From: an uncultured Saprospiraceae bacterium
GTDB lineage: Bacteria; Bacteroidota; Bacteroidia; Chitinophagales; Saprospiraceae
Length of the DNA stretch: 64,000 bases
Direction of reading: 5' to 3'
Assembly (NCBI GenBank): GCA_937921525.1
Contig: CAKZUM010000221.1
Location: 9,342 to 73,341 of the forward strand
Positions 8,820-17,871 of the stretch are shown here, piece by piece. A model generated the notes under the pieces. It did not search any database. It saw only the letters and a program-made list of their open reading frames with translations, and had not been told where the DNA came from. Position numbers and translations under genes: made by a program. Each line of letters opens with the position of its first letter. The stretch's first letter is position 1.

Positions 8820-9235
8820 CTTCCTTTTATTTAATTGGAAGGCAACCGCTTTGGCTTGCTGCGTTGCTATTTTCCATTCATAACGGAGGAGTTCCTTTTT
8901 TGGACTACTTACTGTAAGGCAAGAAGGCACTACTAGCAGCAAGGGGTAGCTGCTTATTTTTTATTAAAAAATGAGTGCTATAGGACGACAGGACGTACCC
9001 TTGTGCTAATATTGCCTTCCTGCCTAGTTTTGTAGTAGAAAAAAGGAATGCTGGAGGGAATGGAAAAAGTAAGGCAGTTTCAAAGGAAGGTGTACTGAAA
9101 AGTCCTTAATCCCCTGATTGTCTATTGGATCCCGAATGGGCGTCCATTTTTGGTCGGGTGGGGGAGTGGTAAGTGAAAATGATGCCCATTCTAGGTGGAT
9201 ATGAAGGGGATTAAAAGAAGATGGGTAACTATAAA
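8820..9235. other. GC-enriched ORF-free block with an AAGGCA repeat array and nested long-range complementarity (candidate structured RNA or protein-binding/centromere-like site)
   Basis: No ORF >=60 aa on either strand between 8738 and 9950. AAGGCA occurs 5 times within 240 nt. Nested helices lie at 9106-9217. See findings. Confidence 0.3.
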
Positions 9236-9950
9236 GGAGTGATTCATTCCATATAATAAAATATATGGTTAGAGAGCGAATTATTTTTCTAATATTACAC
9301 TAAAGGTCTTGAATGGTATTTATTTAGACAATTTCTATATACTACAGCAATTCTTTTTATCCAGGTGCTATTTTTTCGACCAATTTATCAACTTACTTTT
9401 TCGTTATTATTGTCTGTAAATGACAATTATAACAATATGAAACCATTTGCTTTGGTTAATGATTTTGTACAGTCAAGGCATGAAATTTTGGACGTAAACG
9501 CATGACTCTTTAATTCTTTTTGTATCTGGTTCTTTTGAAAAAAAATCATTCTATCAATAAACAATTTTGTTTCTTTCCAAACGCTTTAATATCTACTTCC
9601 TAGTATTCTAAAAATAGTAACTAATTTTATTAGATATTATACAATATGAGAGTAACTTACAACCTAAATGTATTAAAAAAAATGACTATACTTTAGTATC
9701 TTGCACTCTTAAAAACTGTTTTTGGGCTGCTTTATACCAAAGTCTGAGAATAGTTTAGAATTGAAATTTAATCTGGTACAGAGATAAATATTATAATAGC
9801 TTCTAGCCTTACTATTCTGCTTTTTATTTCCAGATTATTAATATAAGATACGCTAATATTTTTGTTACTGCCATTGGTAGCGTACGGAGGAGCGTTTTAA
9901 CTACTTTGATAGTATTATCATTTTAAATAGCCCAAATTCAAAAATGAGAA

Positions 9951-10760
9951 ATGAGGATTGCCTTAATAATAACTTTTTCTTACTTAATACTCTTTATTGC
10001 TTCTTGTGAAAGTGAAGAATCGTCAAAAAATAACAATGAACTTACCAACACATCAAGTTCTGAAATGTATGCGCGTTGTAACTGTCCTTTTGGTAAGGTA
10101 GGAGGAGATTATCGAGATTCTACTACGACGACGACTACTTTAGATAATAAGGCACAAGCAAGAGGGGAGGTGTCTTTCAATCAACTTATTAAAAAGTATA
10201 TAGACTTACAATTAGCTGCTTCCTATAAGCAAAATAATAAGAAGGTAGAAACAAAAATGGTGGTACAAAACATTGTTGATCGTTTTCCAGAGTTAACGAA
10301 TCTTGTCCTACTAGAAAAAGATTTATTCTGTGCTTATATACAACTTCGATGCAAGGATACTTCTTTGAGTGATGCTGCTTTTTATGAAGATATACGAGCG
10401 GAGTATGACAATGTAAAAATCATTATTAGGTCGTTTTATAAAGTACCAGCCAAAAAAGAGGTTCTTTCTGTGGTTCCTATAGCTTCAAAAGCTAAAAAAA
10501 AATTTAAAGTTTCTTTAGTTATATATGTAGATAAAATAGGACAGATGTCTGTTCCTGTTTATCTCAAAAATGATAAGCAAAGCGTAGAGCTTATTCCAAC
10601 AAGAAATGGCAATCATTTTTATGTTATAGAAAAAACAGTACCAGAAGGAGAATATACTTTGGAGTGGATAACTAATGAAAATCATCCCTGTTCAGATTAT
10701 TCTATTTCTTTAGAAGTTCACCGAGCCATAGAAAAGAAAATTAATTACCAATGTCTCTAA
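9951..10760 (+). CDS. Hypothetical lipoprotein
   Basis: N-terminal signal with lipobox (LILFIASC). No family recognised. Confidence 0.7.
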   Translation: MRIALIITFSYLILFIASCESEESSKNNNELTNTSSSEMYARCNCPFGKVGGDYRDSTTTTTTLDNKAQARGEVSFNQLIKKYIDLQLAASYKQNNKKVETKMVVQNIVDRFPELTNLVLLEKDLFCAYIQLRCKDTSLSDAAFYEDIRAEYDNVKIIIRSFYKVPAKKEVLSVVPIASKAKKKFKVSLVIYVDKIGQMSVPVYLKNDKQSVELIPTRNGNHFYVIEKTVPEGEYTLEWITNENHPCSDYSISLEVHRAIEKKINYQCL

Positions 10761-10772
10761 AAGTTATTAATT

Positions 10773-13073
10773 ATGAAAAGATATTTACTGCTTTTTACCA
10801 TTATACTAGCGGGGATTAATGTGTATGCTCAATCTATTGCTTGCGAAGGTATAGCTATACATAACTATCCTACAAATGATGAAAGGCTTCTTAATATTTC
10901 TAAAGCTTTTAAATCTGTTCTAACCGATTTTTCGGATTGTAAAGTTATCAGTAAAGAAAAATCAGCAGCACATCGAGTAGTTTTTAATGAGGAATATAAA
11001 GAAAGTGAATTTTTTAATATTCTATCAGGAGGAAGGGGGGATAGTATTAAAAAAGTGCTGTTTTTAGAATTTAAACTGATAAAGGAAGATTGGGTTCAAG
11101 TCACCGCAGAAATAAGGAACAGATACAATCTTGTTGATAATTATGATTATATTTCATTGGATTTGGCCGATTTTAGAGAGGAAATTACATCATCAGGCAG
11201 GCGTGAAATTCAAAAATTTGTAGAAAAATTACTTAGAAAAAAGGGCTTGTGTGAGACTAAATTTGATTCCGATAAAACATTTAATATATTGATTACTCTG
11301 TTCAATCTTCCGAGTCGATGTCCGAAAATGGAATCCCCAGAAATAATTGTGCAAGAAGAACTTATATCCTTGTTTAAAGCAGATGGTGTAGAAGTTGTTT
11401 TAGATTGTAGATATGATTACCCAGTTTATAATGAGAAGGATGCTTATGAACGAGCAGAGATTGTTGAAAAGGTAGATATGGTGCTTTGGGGAGAATATCG
11501 AATTAAGTGTAATCAGCAAGAAGAGATTAGTTATAACTATAATCTTATGCAAGAACCAACTAAATCATTTATTCGACAAGTTGGTAAGAGTGGGCGCTCT
11601 TTACCCAGAATGGCAATAGCTAATTCTTTTGAAGGCAAATTAGGGCCTATTGTTTATTGGAATATAGTAGATAAATGCTTAAAAAATATTAAAGACAATA
11701 TTGAAGCACAAGAGAATGAAAAAACAGCTTTGAAATATTTGAGAAAAATTGATGAAGCTACTAATGAACAAGATTTTATTCAAAGAGCGACCATTAATTA
11801 CAAATTTGCGGATCTTCATTATTCTAAAATTGCGAGTAAAAATCAATTGAAGGAATGTGCTAATTACTACAACAAGGGATTTAGTTATGATAATACAACG
11901 GAATATGCTAAAAGAAAGGAATGGATTCAACGATTAGAAATTTTACAGTATTTACATACGGATCGTAAAGAGCTATATACTGTCATTAGCGAGGAGATAG
12001 CACAGCAAGCAAAAGATTTAATGCTCCTGTTAGACCGAATTATTATTCCTACTAACAAAGAAGATCTTTTATTTTTGCTAAGAATGGCTAAGTTGGTAGA
12101 TGTGAGTTATTCCAATCAAGTAAGCAAAATTTTAGCAAGTGCAGATCAAAGTAAAGATAAAGTTGTATTACTTGCATTATACGACTTCCGTGTAGTCGTG
12201 ACTAAACAATATGATATTGTCTTAAATGCTAAAATAAAGAAAATATCTGGAGCTGAAAGCTTTGAAAATGATTGGGATGTATGGCATAATAAAGAAGATG
12301 TAAACAAGAAAGAGTACCTATTAAATAATATATTTACCCACCAAAAAGAAAACCCAACTTGGCATTTAATACTTGCCCGTTTTTATAGCCAAACTAAAGA
12401 AAAAGATTTAGGTCTTTTTCATTTTGCATCCGCTTGTGTATTGGATTCTGAAAATAAGGCTTATTTAGAGGAAGTTAAGATTTTAGACTTTTTGGGTTTC
12501 TTAAGAAACAGACCTATTTCTCCAGAACCCGTTCCATCCCCTAACCATATCCACTATGTAGGAGAAGATAGAGAATTTAAAAATTTAGTGTCAGAACTTA
12601 AAAAATTAAATAGTGAATTAGCAAAAGAAGTAAAAGCAAGGTATCCTAATGAATATAACAACAATAGCATTGTAGGCACTAAAGATAAAATTGTGCTGTA
12701 TACTGGAGAAAAAGCTTTACGTCATTTGGTTAGACCTGATGAAGGTCTAAGTGAAATTGTTGATGGCAGTAATGATTTAAAAACTCATCACGATCATGAT
12801 GGCTACGAAAAATTCATAAATACTAAAAAACACAATATAAATATTAAGAGTATTCGCCAGCTAAATAAGCTTAATGGTAATTGTAGAACTTATCACCCTA
12901 ATACTTATTTACTTATCAAAAGAGGAGTAAATACAATAATAAAAGCAATTGATGAGCCTATTTCTCTTGATATGGCTGCAAAGAAATTTAAGATAAGTAG
13001 AAAAGAATTGTTAAAAATGAATGGTCTACCTGGGGCACAATTAAATAAATGCCTATGGATAACCAAGAACTAA
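10773..13073 (+). CDS. Hypothetical secreted protein (766 aa); helical-repeat middle, possible LysM-like C-terminal segment
   Basis: Cleavable signal peptide (LAGINVYAQS). Two segments resemble the TolB-N/LpoB-like pattern (ILITLFNLPS...VDMVLWGEY). The C-terminal SLDMAAKKFKISRKELLKMNGL is LysM-like, a tentative call. Confidence 0.7.
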   Translation: MKRYLLLFTIILAGINVYAQSIACEGIAIHNYPTNDERLLNISKAFKSVLTDFSDCKVISKEKSAAHRVVFNEEYKESEFFNILSGGRGDSIKKVLFLEFKLIKEDWVQVTAEIRNRYNLVDNYDYISLDLADFREEITSSGRREIQKFVEKLLRKKGLCETKFDSDKTFNILITLFNLPSRCPKMESPEIIVQEELISLFKADGVEVVLDCRYDYPVYNEKDAYERAEIVEKVDMVLWGEYRIKCNQQEEISYNYNLMQEPTKSFIRQVGKSGRSLPRMAIANSFEGKLGPIVYWNIVDKCLKNIKDNIEAQENEKTALKYLRKIDEATNEQDFIQRATINYKFADLHYSKIASKNQLKECANYYNKGFSYDNTTEYAKRKEWIQRLEILQYLHTDRKELYTVISEEIAQQAKDLMLLLDRIIIPTNKEDLLFLLRMAKLVDVSYSNQVSKILASADQSKDKVVLLALYDFRVVVTKQYDIVLNAKIKKISGAESFENDWDVWHNKEDVNKKEYLLNNIFTHQKENPTWHLILARFYSQTKEKDLGLFHFASACVLDSENKAYLEEVKILDFLGFLRNRPISPEPVPSPNHIHYVGEDREFKNLVSELKKLNSELAKEVKARYPNEYNNNSIVGTKDKIVLYTGEKALRHLVRPDEGLSEIVDGSNDLKTHHDHDGYEKFINTKKHNINIKSIRQLNKLNGNCRTYHPNTYLLIKRGVNTIIKAIDEPISLDMAAKKFKISRKELLKMNGLPGAQLNKCLWITKN

Positions 13074-13077
13074 ATAT

Positions 13078-15531
13078 ATGGCAATCAAAAAATCACAACT
13101 CTATTCCACACTATGGAAATCCTGCGACGAGCTACGAGGCGGCATGGACGCCTCCCAATACAAAGACTACATTTTAGTACTGCTCTTTGTAAAATACATC
13201 AGCGACAGATATGGGGAGGAACAGGATAGCGTTATCGAAGTACCCAAAGGCAAAAAGCTTGGAGAAGGCGGCAGCTTTAAGGATATGATTTATTGGAAAA
13301 ACAAAGCGGAAATTGGCGATAATCTAAACCTCATTATTGGCCGTCTCGCTAAAGCGAACGACCTAACGGGTATTATCACGGTTGCCAACTTTAATGATCC
13401 CGATAAGCTAGGAAAGGGTAAGGATATGATGGACCGATTGACGAACCTGATTGCTTTATTCGAGAATCCAGCCCTCAACTTTAGTAAGAACCGAGCAGAT
13501 GGGGATGATATATTGGGCGATGCTTACGAGTATTTGATGCGTAACTTCGCTACGGAATCGGGTAAGAGTAAAGGACAATTTTATACGCCTTCTGAAGTAT
13601 CTAGGATATTGGCGAAAGTAGTAGGTATTTCTAAATCAGTTAGTCAAGACCAGACTATTTATGACCCGACTTGTGGCTCTGGATCTTTGTTACTTAAAGC
13701 GGCGGATGAAGCACCTGAAGGTATTACGATCTATGGGCAAGAAAAAGACAATGCTACTCGTGCCTTAGCGGTAATGAATATGTGGTTGCACCAATATCCA
13801 GATGCAGAAATCTGGCAGGACAATACCTTGTCGACTCCGTATTTTAAAAACAAATTAGATGGTTTAGAGACCTTTGATTTTGTGGTGGCTAATCCACCTT
13901 TTTCGGATAAGGCTTGGGGGAATGGGTTTAATCCCGAAGAAGACCCTTATCAGCGGTTTGATAACTATGGGGTACCGCCTTCCAAAAATGGCGATTATGC
14001 TTATTTGCTGCATGTTATTCGGTCCTTGAAAGGTAAAGGTAAAGCGGCAGTCATCTTGCCGCATGGGGTGTTATTTCGGGGGAATGCAGAAGCGACTATT
14101 CGAAAGAATTTGATTAAGACAGGATATATAAAAGGTATTATTGGCTTACCTGCTAACTTGTTTTACGGCACGGGTATTCCTGCTTGTATTATTATTATTA
14201 TTGATAAAGAAGGGGCTGCTGGGCGTAAAGCCATCTTTATCATGGATGCCAGCAAAGGATTTATTAAGGATGGGAATAAAAATCGCTTGCGGGAGCAGGA
14301 CATTCATAAAATTGTAGCCATATTTAATAACCAAGATAAACGAGACTCGAAATATGCTCGCTTAGTATCCCATCAGGATATTGAAAAAAATGAGTACAAT
14401 TTGAATATCCCTCGCTATATAGATGGCCAAGAAATAGAAGATATTCAAGACATTGAAGCACATCTTTTAGGAGGAATACCCAATAGAGATATTGAACAAT
14501 TGGATCACTTTTGGACGGTTTTCCCGAATCTGCGAAAGGTCTTATTGACGAAGAGCGAGCGACCTGATTATAGCCAACTGCGAGTAGGGAAGGAAGCTAT
14601 TAAACCAACTATTTTCTCTAATCCCGAGTTTGTGGGCTTTTTGACGGAAATGAAAGGGATCTTCGCTAGTTGGGATAAAAAGTTTAACCCTTACCTAAAA
14701 GGACTTACTCAAAATTGCCAGCCTAAAAAAGTCATTATACAGATTGCAGAAAAACTATTGGCTGATTATACCGATAAGCCTTTGATTGATAAGTATGATA
14801 TGTACCAGCATCTTATGAATTATTGGGCGGCTACGATGAAGGATGATTGCTATATTATTTCGGAAGATGGATGGGCGGCAGAGATGTATTTAGTGTATAG
14901 CGACAAGGACAAAGAAAAGAAAAAGCCGAAAGGGTGGGATTGTGATTTAGTACCAAAGGAGCTGGTTATTAATCGCTATTTTGATGCGGAAAAGAGAGCA
15001 ATAATAGCATTAGAAACAGAACGGGACGCTTTTATTCAAGCATTGGAAGAACTGGTAGAAGAGCATAGTGGGGAAGATGGACTATTTACGGAAGTGATTA
15101 ATGATAAGGGCAATATCAGTAAAGGAGATGTTGCTAAAAGGATTAAGCTGATTAAAGGCAACAAGGTCGATAGGGAAGAGTTAGCAGTACTACAGCAATG
15201 GATAAAAATAAATAATGCTATTGCTGCTACTAAAAAGAAAATCAAAGAAGCAGAGGAAGATTTAGACGAGAAACTCATCGCTAAATACAAGGTACTGACA
15301 CCCGAAGAAATTAAGGTGCTAGTAGTGGATGATAAATGGATGGCTAGCCTACGCAAGGATATACATGGCGAGATAGACCGAGTGTCGCAACGCTTGACAC
15401 AGCGTATTAGTGACCTTGCGGAGCGGTATGAATATACAATGCCAGCTTTGGCGGATAGAGTAGTAGCGATGAGAAATAAAGTATCTGTTCATCTTAAAAA
15501 AATGGGAATGGTATGGAAATTAAAGAAATGA
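13078..15531 (+). CDS. hsdM: Type I restriction-modification system methyltransferase subunit HsdM (long form, 817 aa)
   Basis: HsdM N-terminus (LWKSCDELRGGMDASQYKDYILVLLFVKYISD), AdoMet motif DPTCGSGSLL, catalytic NPPF (VVANPPFSDKAW), and YNLNIPRYID. About 350 aa of extra C-terminal coiled-coil-like sequence follow. Confidence 0.95.
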   Translation: MAIKKSQLYSTLWKSCDELRGGMDASQYKDYILVLLFVKYISDRYGEEQDSVIEVPKGKKLGEGGSFKDMIYWKNKAEIGDNLNLIIGRLAKANDLTGIITVANFNDPDKLGKGKDMMDRLTNLIALFENPALNFSKNRADGDDILGDAYEYLMRNFATESGKSKGQFYTPSEVSRILAKVVGISKSVSQDQTIYDPTCGSGSLLLKAADEAPEGITIYGQEKDNATRALAVMNMWLHQYPDAEIWQDNTLSTPYFKNKLDGLETFDFVVANPPFSDKAWGNGFNPEEDPYQRFDNYGVPPSKNGDYAYLLHVIRSLKGKGKAAVILPHGVLFRGNAEATIRKNLIKTGYIKGIIGLPANLFYGTGIPACIIIIIDKEGAAGRKAIFIMDASKGFIKDGNKNRLREQDIHKIVAIFNNQDKRDSKYARLVSHQDIEKNEYNLNIPRYIDGQEIEDIQDIEAHLLGGIPNRDIEQLDHFWTVFPNLRKVLLTKSERPDYSQLRVGKEAIKPTIFSNPEFVGFLTEMKGIFASWDKKFNPYLKGLTQNCQPKKVIIQIAEKLLADYTDKPLIDKYDMYQHLMNYWAATMKDDCYIISEDGWAAEMYLVYSDKDKEKKKPKGWDCDLVPKELVINRYFDAEKRAIIALETERDAFIQALEELVEEHSGEDGLFTEVINDKGNISKGDVAKRIKLIKGNKVDREELAVLQQWIKINNAIAATKKKIKEAEEDLDEKLIAKYKVLTPEEIKVLVVDDKWMASLRKDIHGEIDRVSQRLTQRISDLAERYEYTMPALADRVVAMRNKVSVHLKKMGMVWKLKK

Positions 15532-16760
15532 TAAATAAAAATTTGGATTCAGAAGATATTAGTATATGGAAGAAAAGACCATTAAAAGAAGTTAGCCTAA
15601 TGAATGGAAGGATAGGATGGCAAGGATTAAAGAAAGTTGAATTCACTATGAATCCCCATGAGCCTTTTTTGATTACAGGCATGAATTTTAAGGATGGGGC
15701 AATAAGATGGGAAGAGGTATATCGTATTTCTATGAAGAGATACGAAGAAGCAAAACAGATACAACTAGCTAAAGGAGATGTGTTAATGACAAAAGATGGC
15801 ACCATTGGCAAGTTACTTTATGTAGATGATATTCCCTTTCCTAGTTTAGCTTCTTTAAATAGTCATTTACTATTATTTCGACCAATAAGAAATTCTTATG
15901 TGCCTAAATTTCTTTATTATCAACTTGCTTCTAAGCGTTTTGAAGACTTTATTGAATTAAATAAATCAGGGACTACGTTTTTTGGTATATCGCAGGAATC
16001 TGTTGGTAAATATTTGGTTCTTCTTCCTCCTTTAAAAGAACAAAAAGCCATAGCCACCGCCCTCTCCGACATAGACCACTTACTCCAATCCCTCGACCAA
16101 CTCATCGCCAAAAAACGAGCGATCAAACAAGGAGCGATGCAGCAATTGTTGACTCCGCCAGCGGAAGGAGGAAAGCGGTTGGAGGGGTTTAGTGGGGCGT
16201 GGGAGGTGAAGAACTTAGGAGATGTAGTTGAATTTAAGAATGGTAAAGCACATGAAAATAGCATTTCAAAACATGGCCAATTTATCGTAATCAATTCAAA
16301 GTTTGTTTCCACTGAAGGAAAAGTAAAAAAATATTCTAATAATTGTTTGTGCCCTGTATATACAAATGATATAGTTATGGTTATGAGTGATATTCCAAAT
16401 GGAAAGGCAATAGCAAAATGTTTTTATATTGGTGAGGGTAAGCATTATACTCTAAATCAAAGGATATGTGCATTGACATCTAAAAGTTCATCATCCAAAT
16501 TTCTATTTTACCTAATAAATAGACACCCATATTATCTAGGATTTGATGATGGAGTCAAACAAACTAATTTAAGAAGAGATGATGTATTAGATTGTCCTTT
16601 ATCTATGCCTTCAACACTTCAAGAACAAAAAGCCATCGCTCAGGTTCTAACCGACATGGACACCGAAATAGAAATCCTAGAACAACAACGCGCCAAATAC
16701 CAAAGCATCAAGCAAGGGATGATGCAGGAATTATTGACGGGCAAAACGAGGTTGGTATGA
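15513..16760 (+). CDS. hsdS: Type I R-M specificity subunit HsdS (two target-recognition domains)
   Basis: Two conserved helical spacers: LPPLKEQKAIATALSDIDHLL...KRAIKQGAMQQLLT and LQEQKAIAQVLTDMDTEIEILE...KQGMMQELLTGKTRL. The gene overlaps hsdM by 19 nt. Confidence 0.95.
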   Translation: MEIKEMINKNLDSEDISIWKKRPLKEVSLMNGRIGWQGLKKVEFTMNPHEPFLITGMNFKDGAIRWEEVYRISMKRYEEAKQIQLAKGDVLMTKDGTIGKLLYVDDIPFPSLASLNSHLLLFRPIRNSYVPKFLYYQLASKRFEDFIELNKSGTTFFGISQESVGKYLVLLPPLKEQKAIATALSDIDHLLQSLDQLIAKKRAIKQGAMQQLLTPPAEGGKRLEGFSGAWEVKNLGDVVEFKNGKAHENSISKHGQFIVINSKFVSTEGKVKKYSNNCLCPVYTNDIVMVMSDIPNGKAIAKCFYIGEGKHYTLNQRICALTSKSSSSKFLFYLINRHPYYLGFDDGVKQTNLRRDDVLDCPLSMPSTLQEQKAIAQVLTDMDTEIEILEQQRAKYQSIKQGMMQELLTGKTRLV

Positions 16761-17812
16761 GTCTGTTTAATCAGTTATTACGCTTATATGGTGATACGAA
16801 ACCAACAGAAGATTTCTTAACAGAAATTTTTGCCTATTGTTTGTTAGTAGAGTTGGAGATATTAGAAGAATTTTTAATTTTTTTTGATATTACTAAGCAA
16901 GTTGATAAGGAGTATTCTCTAAGGACACAGGTATTTTTAAAAAAATTGCCAGCCTATCAACAACAAACGGATAGTAAACCAGATATGGTGCTTTCATCTA
17001 ATACTAGTATAATTTTCTTTGAAAATAAAGTAGGTGCGGACGAACAAGAAGATCAACTACCACGGTATGCAGAACAATTAGATAATATTACAGGAATAGA
17101 GGAGCGGGTTTTAATTTATATTACCAGAGATTTCGACCCCAAAAACGAAACAGCAATTCTAGAAAAATGTAAACGCCCAATTAAATTTATACAGCTTAGA
17201 TGGTATCAAATTTATTTATTTTTAAAAAAATATACTGACCATTCTATCATCAAAGAATTACTATTTTTTATGAACAAAAATAATCTCTCTTCCAATAATC
17301 AGTTTAGTCCGTTAAATATTCTAGCACTTAACAATTTCTCCAATAGCATAAAAATGATGGATAATGTATTAGATGCTATTATTCCTAAATTTCATCTGTT
17401 AGTGGGTAAGGAAAAAACAGGTAATCCTAGAATGGAATCTTTGAAAGAGAAAGAGAGGTATACGGTTCATTCAAAAAACAATGGAATATGGATAAATATG
17501 GGTTTTTACTTTAATACACCTGACTACCCAAATTATCCTGTTTTGAGATTTGACTTTCAAGAACAAGCAAACAATACAAAGAAACCAGGATTAGTGAAAG
17601 TTTTACAAACCATAGATCAAACAGGAAACAAAGATATGAAATGGAAAGGCTATAACTTAAAGCCTAGCGTTAAATTCACGGGGATTAGATTAGAAAAAAG
17701 TATGCAAGATTTTTTACATCAAGAAGATCATATTATACCAATGCAGGCCTATTTTATGCAATGCCTTGAGGAATATGAAAAGATTAAGCCACAGCTAGAA
17801 CCATTTTTATAA
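16757..17812 (+). CDS. RecB-like PD-(D/E)XK nuclease-family protein embedded between hsdS and hsdR
   Basis: ATGA overlap with the hsdS stop. Motifs are D76 (KPDMVL), E89-x-K91 (IIFFENKV) and Q100-xxx-Y104 (DQLPRY). The ORF-track extension from 16592 overlaps hsdS and is rejected. Confidence 0.75.
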   Translation: MSLFNQLLRLYGDTKPTEDFLTEIFAYCLLVELEILEEFLIFFDITKQVDKEYSLRTQVFLKKLPAYQQQTDSKPDMVLSSNTSIIFFENKVGADEQEDQLPRYAEQLDNITGIEERVLIYITRDFDPKNETAILEKCKRPIKFIQLRWYQIYLFLKKYTDHSIIKELLFFMNKNNLSSNNQFSPLNILALNNFSNSIKMMDNVLDAIIPKFHLLVGKEKTGNPRMESLKEKERYTVHSKNNGIWINMGFYFNTPDYPNYPVLRFDFQEQANNTKKPGLVKVLQTIDQTGNKDMKWKGYNLKPSVKFTGIRLEKSMQDFLHQEDHIIPMQAYFMQCLEEYEKIKPQLEPFL

Positions 17813-17871
17813 TAGACTACTTTCTATAAGCATTTAACCTTTGGCAATTTACCTTTAATCAACCCAAACAC

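Noticed and set aside
9096-9104. GAAAAGTCC, reminiscent of the RNase P RNA GGAAAGTCC motif, inside the GC-rich block
   Set aside because: None of the other universally conserved RNase P elements are present. The block is also too short and differently organised.
14176-14192. (ATT)5 microsatellite in hsdM encoding IIIII
   Set aside because: Slippage of a triplet repeat stays in frame, so it is not a plausible phase-variation switch. It is probably just a hydrophobic strand in an AT-rich genome.
16592-16756. N-terminal 55-aa extension of the ORF-track entry 16592-17812 (Arg/His-rich: ...RTKSHRSGSNRHGHRNRNPRTTTRQ...)
   Set aside because: It lies entirely inside the conserved C-terminal spacer of hsdS in another frame and is low-complexity. 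The ATG at 16757 forms an ATGA junction with the hsdS stop and begins a normal-looking protein.
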